Shown here in pieces: positions 12,733 through 14,831 of a stretch of DNA of 14,831 bases. The translations under genes and the position numbers were made by a program. The notes under the pieces are model-generated. The model made no database searches and was not told where the DNA came from. It was given only the letters and a program-made list of their open reading frames with translations. The stretch comes from Candidatus Woesearchaeota archaeon (GTDB lineage: Archaea > Nanobdellota > Nanobdellia > SCGC-AAA011-G17 > VGLX01). The stretch lies in the NCBI GenBank assembly GCA_016866645.1, contig VGLX01000010.1, positions 1-14,831 of the forward strand, written 5' to 3'. How positions within the stretch are numbered: position 1 is the first letter of the stretch; each line of letters opens with the position of its first letter.

Positions 12733-13983
12733 CTAAATCTTAGACTCTTGTTGCGAGCAAGAAACGCCTAGATTCCGCAAGCCGTCCTTAAAATAATTAA
12801 TTATCTCAGGCTTTTCCTTGACTGCCCTCTCGAGAGGGAAAACCCCTTTGTCTTCAAACCCTTTCGTAAGTATAAGCCTGGTTGCGAGAGCAGCCATGCC
12901 CCCTGTTGTTAGGGCCATTGCAGAGTTTTTGCCGTCATGCTCACCATAAATGTCTGATGAATACTTAGTATTGCCATCGTCTGCTTCGACCCTCATTACC
13001 AATACGTCCCTGTCTTCAGGACTCATTTTCCAACGCTTTGATAAAACATCAGCTGCGACTTTTCTCGGCGATATCTTCTTGTTAGCGCATTCGTAAAAAA
13101 AGGACTGCTCGTAGAATCCTGCGTCTTTAAGAGCGATTTCATAATCCGACTTGTTTTTTATTTTCTTAAGAAGAAATTGTGAAACATCATAGGCAGTGGC
13201 TTTGTCCTTGCCAAGTTTTATCTCCTCTTGTTTGAAGTATCCTATCTCACTTAGGAGTTTCATCTGTGAGAAATGGCCCGCGTACCTTAGAGTGAACTCT
13301 GACATGTTGCTTACGTGCTTTAGGTTGAACGGCAAGGTCCTTAGCCCGTCGGTTATCCCGCCCTCTAGTTCGCCTACCTGATGGAAGCTTATCTTCTCGA
13401 CAGTTGAGAGGGCTTTCACCCTTTTAGGCTTCTTGTTCCTCACGCATAACGCTTGCCTTTGATATTCTTCTATAAGTCCGGCTATCGACCATGGCGCGAA
13501 GAACCCTCTTTCTTTATTCTTAGGGATTCCGCCTACGTATATCGAAGCGTTCTTAGTCTTTCCTTTCAGAAGGCTGTCGAAGAAAGCGACTAGTCCGTTG
13601 CTGAATCCTGGCGCTATTCCGCAGTCGATGAAGGCTGTGACTTTTTTCTTCTTTGCCAAGCTGTCTAGTTCGGCAAGTTTTGGTTCGGTCTGCTCCCAGA
13701 ATGATATGTCCACTACGTTCTTTCCAGAGACTATCACGGATTTCACAGCGTTGTACCCGAATGCTTCTGGCAGCGCAGAAACGACTATGTCAGCCCCAGT
13801 GGCAAGTTTCGTTACGTTCTCAGGTTTTGATAAGTCTGACTGAACCTTTTTTATCTTAGCATCAGTTATTCTGTCTAAGACGTTTTGGCTGTAGTCTGCA
13901 ATCGTAACATCATGCTCAGTAGCAAGATTAGGAGCTATGTAAGCGCCCATGTTGCCTGCTCCGAGGATTATTATCTTAGCCAC
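12733..13983 (-). CDS. Saccharopine dehydrogenase family NAD(P)-binding oxidoreductase (LysDH / carboxynorspermidine-synthase-like)
   Basis: GTG start. The N-terminal KIIILGAGNMG is a Rossmann motif. The central CGIAPGFSNGL and C-terminal NSAMALTTGGMAA motifs are typical of the Sacchrp_dh_NADP plus Sacchrp_dh_C architecture. Confidence 0.8.
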   Translation of the reverse strand: MAKIIILGAGNMGAYIAPNLATEHDVTIADYSQNVLDRITDAKIKKVQSDLSKPENVTKLATGADIVVSALPEAFGYNAVKSVIVSGKNVVDISFWEQTEPKLAELDSLAKKKKVTAFIDCGIAPGFSNGLVAFFDSLLKGKTKNASIYVGGIPKNKERGFFAPWSIAGLIEEYQRQALCVRNKKPKRVKALSTVEKISFHQVGELEGGITDGLRTLPFNLKHVSNMSEFTLRYAGHFSQMKLLSEIGYFKQEEIKLGKDKATAYDVSQFLLKKIKNKSDYEIALKDAGFYEQSFFYECANKKISPRKVAADVLSKRWKMSPEDRDVLVMRVEADDGNTKYSSDIYGEHDGKNSAMALTTGGMAALATRLILTKGFEDKGVFPLERAVKEKPEIINYFKDGLRNLGVSCSQQESKI

Positions 13984-14006
13984 ATTTCCAGATTTCAGAA
14001 TAAGGG

Positions 14007-14021
14007 TTTAATAAAACTTTT
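14007..14021 (-). promoter_or_regulatory. BRE/TATA-like element AAAAGTTTTATTAAA (minus strand)
   Basis: Lies 23 nt upstream of the GTG start at 13983, which is leaderless geometry. Confidence 0.5.
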
Positions 14022-14088
14022 GCCATAAGTAATCCGAAAGGTTTTCGCTATTCCCTAAGGAAGGCTTAAAAAGAATGACTCATTATTT

Positions 14089-14646
14089 ATGACCGTGAAA
14101 ACAGTACTTGATGGAGAAAAAGTGTATTTGAGGAAACTGAAGTATTCTGACGCTAAAGACATTTACGAGAATGTTAAACATAAAGAAGTTGTGAAATGGA
14201 CATTGAACATACCTCATCCTTATCCGAAAAACGGCGCTATCAAGTTCATAAGGCATAAGCACTCTGCGAGAAGGAAGAAAGAAAGCTACGCGTTTGGGAT
14301 AGTGCCAAAAGACTATGGTAAGGTTGTTGGCGTAATCGACTTGTTTAAGATAGACTGGAAGAACAAGAATGCTGAGCTAGGATACTGGTTGGGAAAAAAG
14401 TATTGGGGTAAAGGTTTGATGACAGAATCTGTAAAGCTAATGCTTGGTTTTGCATTCGAAGACTTAAATCTTCATAAGGTTAAGGCGGACTTGTTTGAGA
14501 ACAACCATGGATCTAAAAAGGTCTTAGAAAAGTCCGGATTCAATCTTGAAGGGAAAATTAAAGAAGGAAGATTCAGGTATGGTAAATGGCAAAATGAGTT
14601 AGTTTATGGGGTATTATCTAAAGACTACCTCGCTAAGAAGAATTAG
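14089..14646 (+). CDS. GNAT family N-acetyltransferase (RimJ/RimL-like)
   Basis: 185 aa. The N-terminal EKVYLRKLKYSDAKDIYE and the core GYWLGKKYWGKGLMTESVKLMLGFAF (acetyl-CoA-binding Q/RxxGxG/A-like) are followed by ENNHGSKKVLEKSGF. Confidence 0.85.
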   Translation: MTVKTVLDGEKVYLRKLKYSDAKDIYENVKHKEVVKWTLNIPHPYPKNGAIKFIRHKHSARRKKESYAFGIVPKDYGKVVGVIDLFKIDWKNKNAELGYWLGKKYWGKGLMTESVKLMLGFAFEDLNLHKVKADLFENNHGSKKVLEKSGFNLEGKIKEGRFRYGKWQNELVYGVLSKDYLAKKN

Positions 14647-14831
14647 TCCTTTGGTTTTTCTGAAGTGTCTGGCTTCTTGCTTCCGCTGTAACCTGTATCC
14701 GCCCAGCCGACTCCGCCTTCTCCAAGATTGAAGCTTGTCTTGCTGATGATTTTTTCCAATGGGCTTTCGCATTTAGGGCATTTGTCTAAGGGGTCATCGT
14801 TGATTTTTTGCATTATCTCAAAGCCTTCTTT
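14643..14831 (-). CDS. FmdB-family zinc-ribbon protein (CxxC...CxxC type), C-terminal part; start lies beyond window end
   Basis: Absent from the ORF track because it is open at the window edge. My translation reads ...KEGFEIMQKINDDPLDKCPKCESPLEKIISKTSFNLGEGGVGWADTGYSGSKKPDTSEKPKD*. The DDPL-KCPKC-...-K.IS motif is the second zinc knuckle of the FmdB family. Its TAA stop (14645-14643) overlaps the TAG stop of the convergent GNAT gene. Confidence 0.7.
   Translation of the reverse strand, partial: KEGFEIMQKINDDPLDKCPKCESPLEKIISKTSFNLGEGGVGWADTGYSGSKKPDTSEKPKD

Noticed and set aside
1-14831. Treating the whole contig as bacterial because of the OMP-like barrel, FmdB ribbon and GGAGG sites
   Set aside because: Five genes show TATA boxes 23-24 nt from the start codon, with A-rich BRE-like upstream bases. 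That fits archaeal initiation, not sigma-70 -10/-35 spacing. SD-like sites also occur in archaeal operons. The question stays open because the window contains no phylogenetic marker gene.
1-14831. Search for CRISPR arrays, tRNA/rRNA genes, IS elements and long nucleotide-level repeats
   Set aside because: I saw no regularly spaced direct repeats, no cloverleaf-like GC-rich segments in the short intergenic regions, and no transposase- or integrase-like ORFs. The only nucleotide-level repeats are the short promoter elements reported above.

Overview
This 14,831-nt window is moderately AT-rich and densely coding. I call 17 CDS, two of them truncated at the window edges. I recognised no rRNA, tRNA, CRISPR array, transposase or integrase. 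TGA, TAA and TAG all act as stops, so the genetic code is standard. A-rich BRE-like plus TATA-like boxes lie 23-25 nt upstream of five start codons. That leaderless-mRNA geometry points to an archaeal, possibly small-genome DPANN-like, origin. Several genes nevertheless look bacterial in type (an OMP-like beta-barrel and an FmdB zinc ribbon), so the taxonomic call is an inference.

Layout:
- (i) 1-3181, minus strand: a tightly packed five-gene operon. It encodes a small helical protein, a small secreted protein, a signal-peptide beta-barrel-like protein, a processive family-2 glycosyltransferase and an NAD-dependent sugar epimerase/dehydratase.
- (ii) 3324-4442, plus strand: a SAM methyltransferase and a hypothetical protein.
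- (iii) 4456-6336, minus strand: a large type-I surface protein.
- (iv) 6415-12567, minus strand: a six-gene cluster. It holds a MoxR-class AAA+ ATPase, a 629-aa protein ending in a vWA/MIDAS domain, and four proteins of unknown family.
- (v) 12733-14831: a saccharopine-dehydrogenase-family gene, a GNAT acetyltransferase and a partial FmdB-type zinc ribbon.

The most interesting signal is cluster (iv). All four unknown proteins begin with the same ~21-aa peptide, MK[ILV]PxxF[LVM]Px[KR]xL[ED]xx[IV]xxL, followed by unrelated bodies. Two of them are tandem paralogues built from ~35-aa repeats, and one is a sharply low-GC cassette. I read this as a candidate undescribed MoxR-vWA system with N-terminally tagged clients or effectors. 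An identical 15-mer promoter core, with a GTTACTA box 19 nt upstream of it, heads both operon (i) and cluster (iv).
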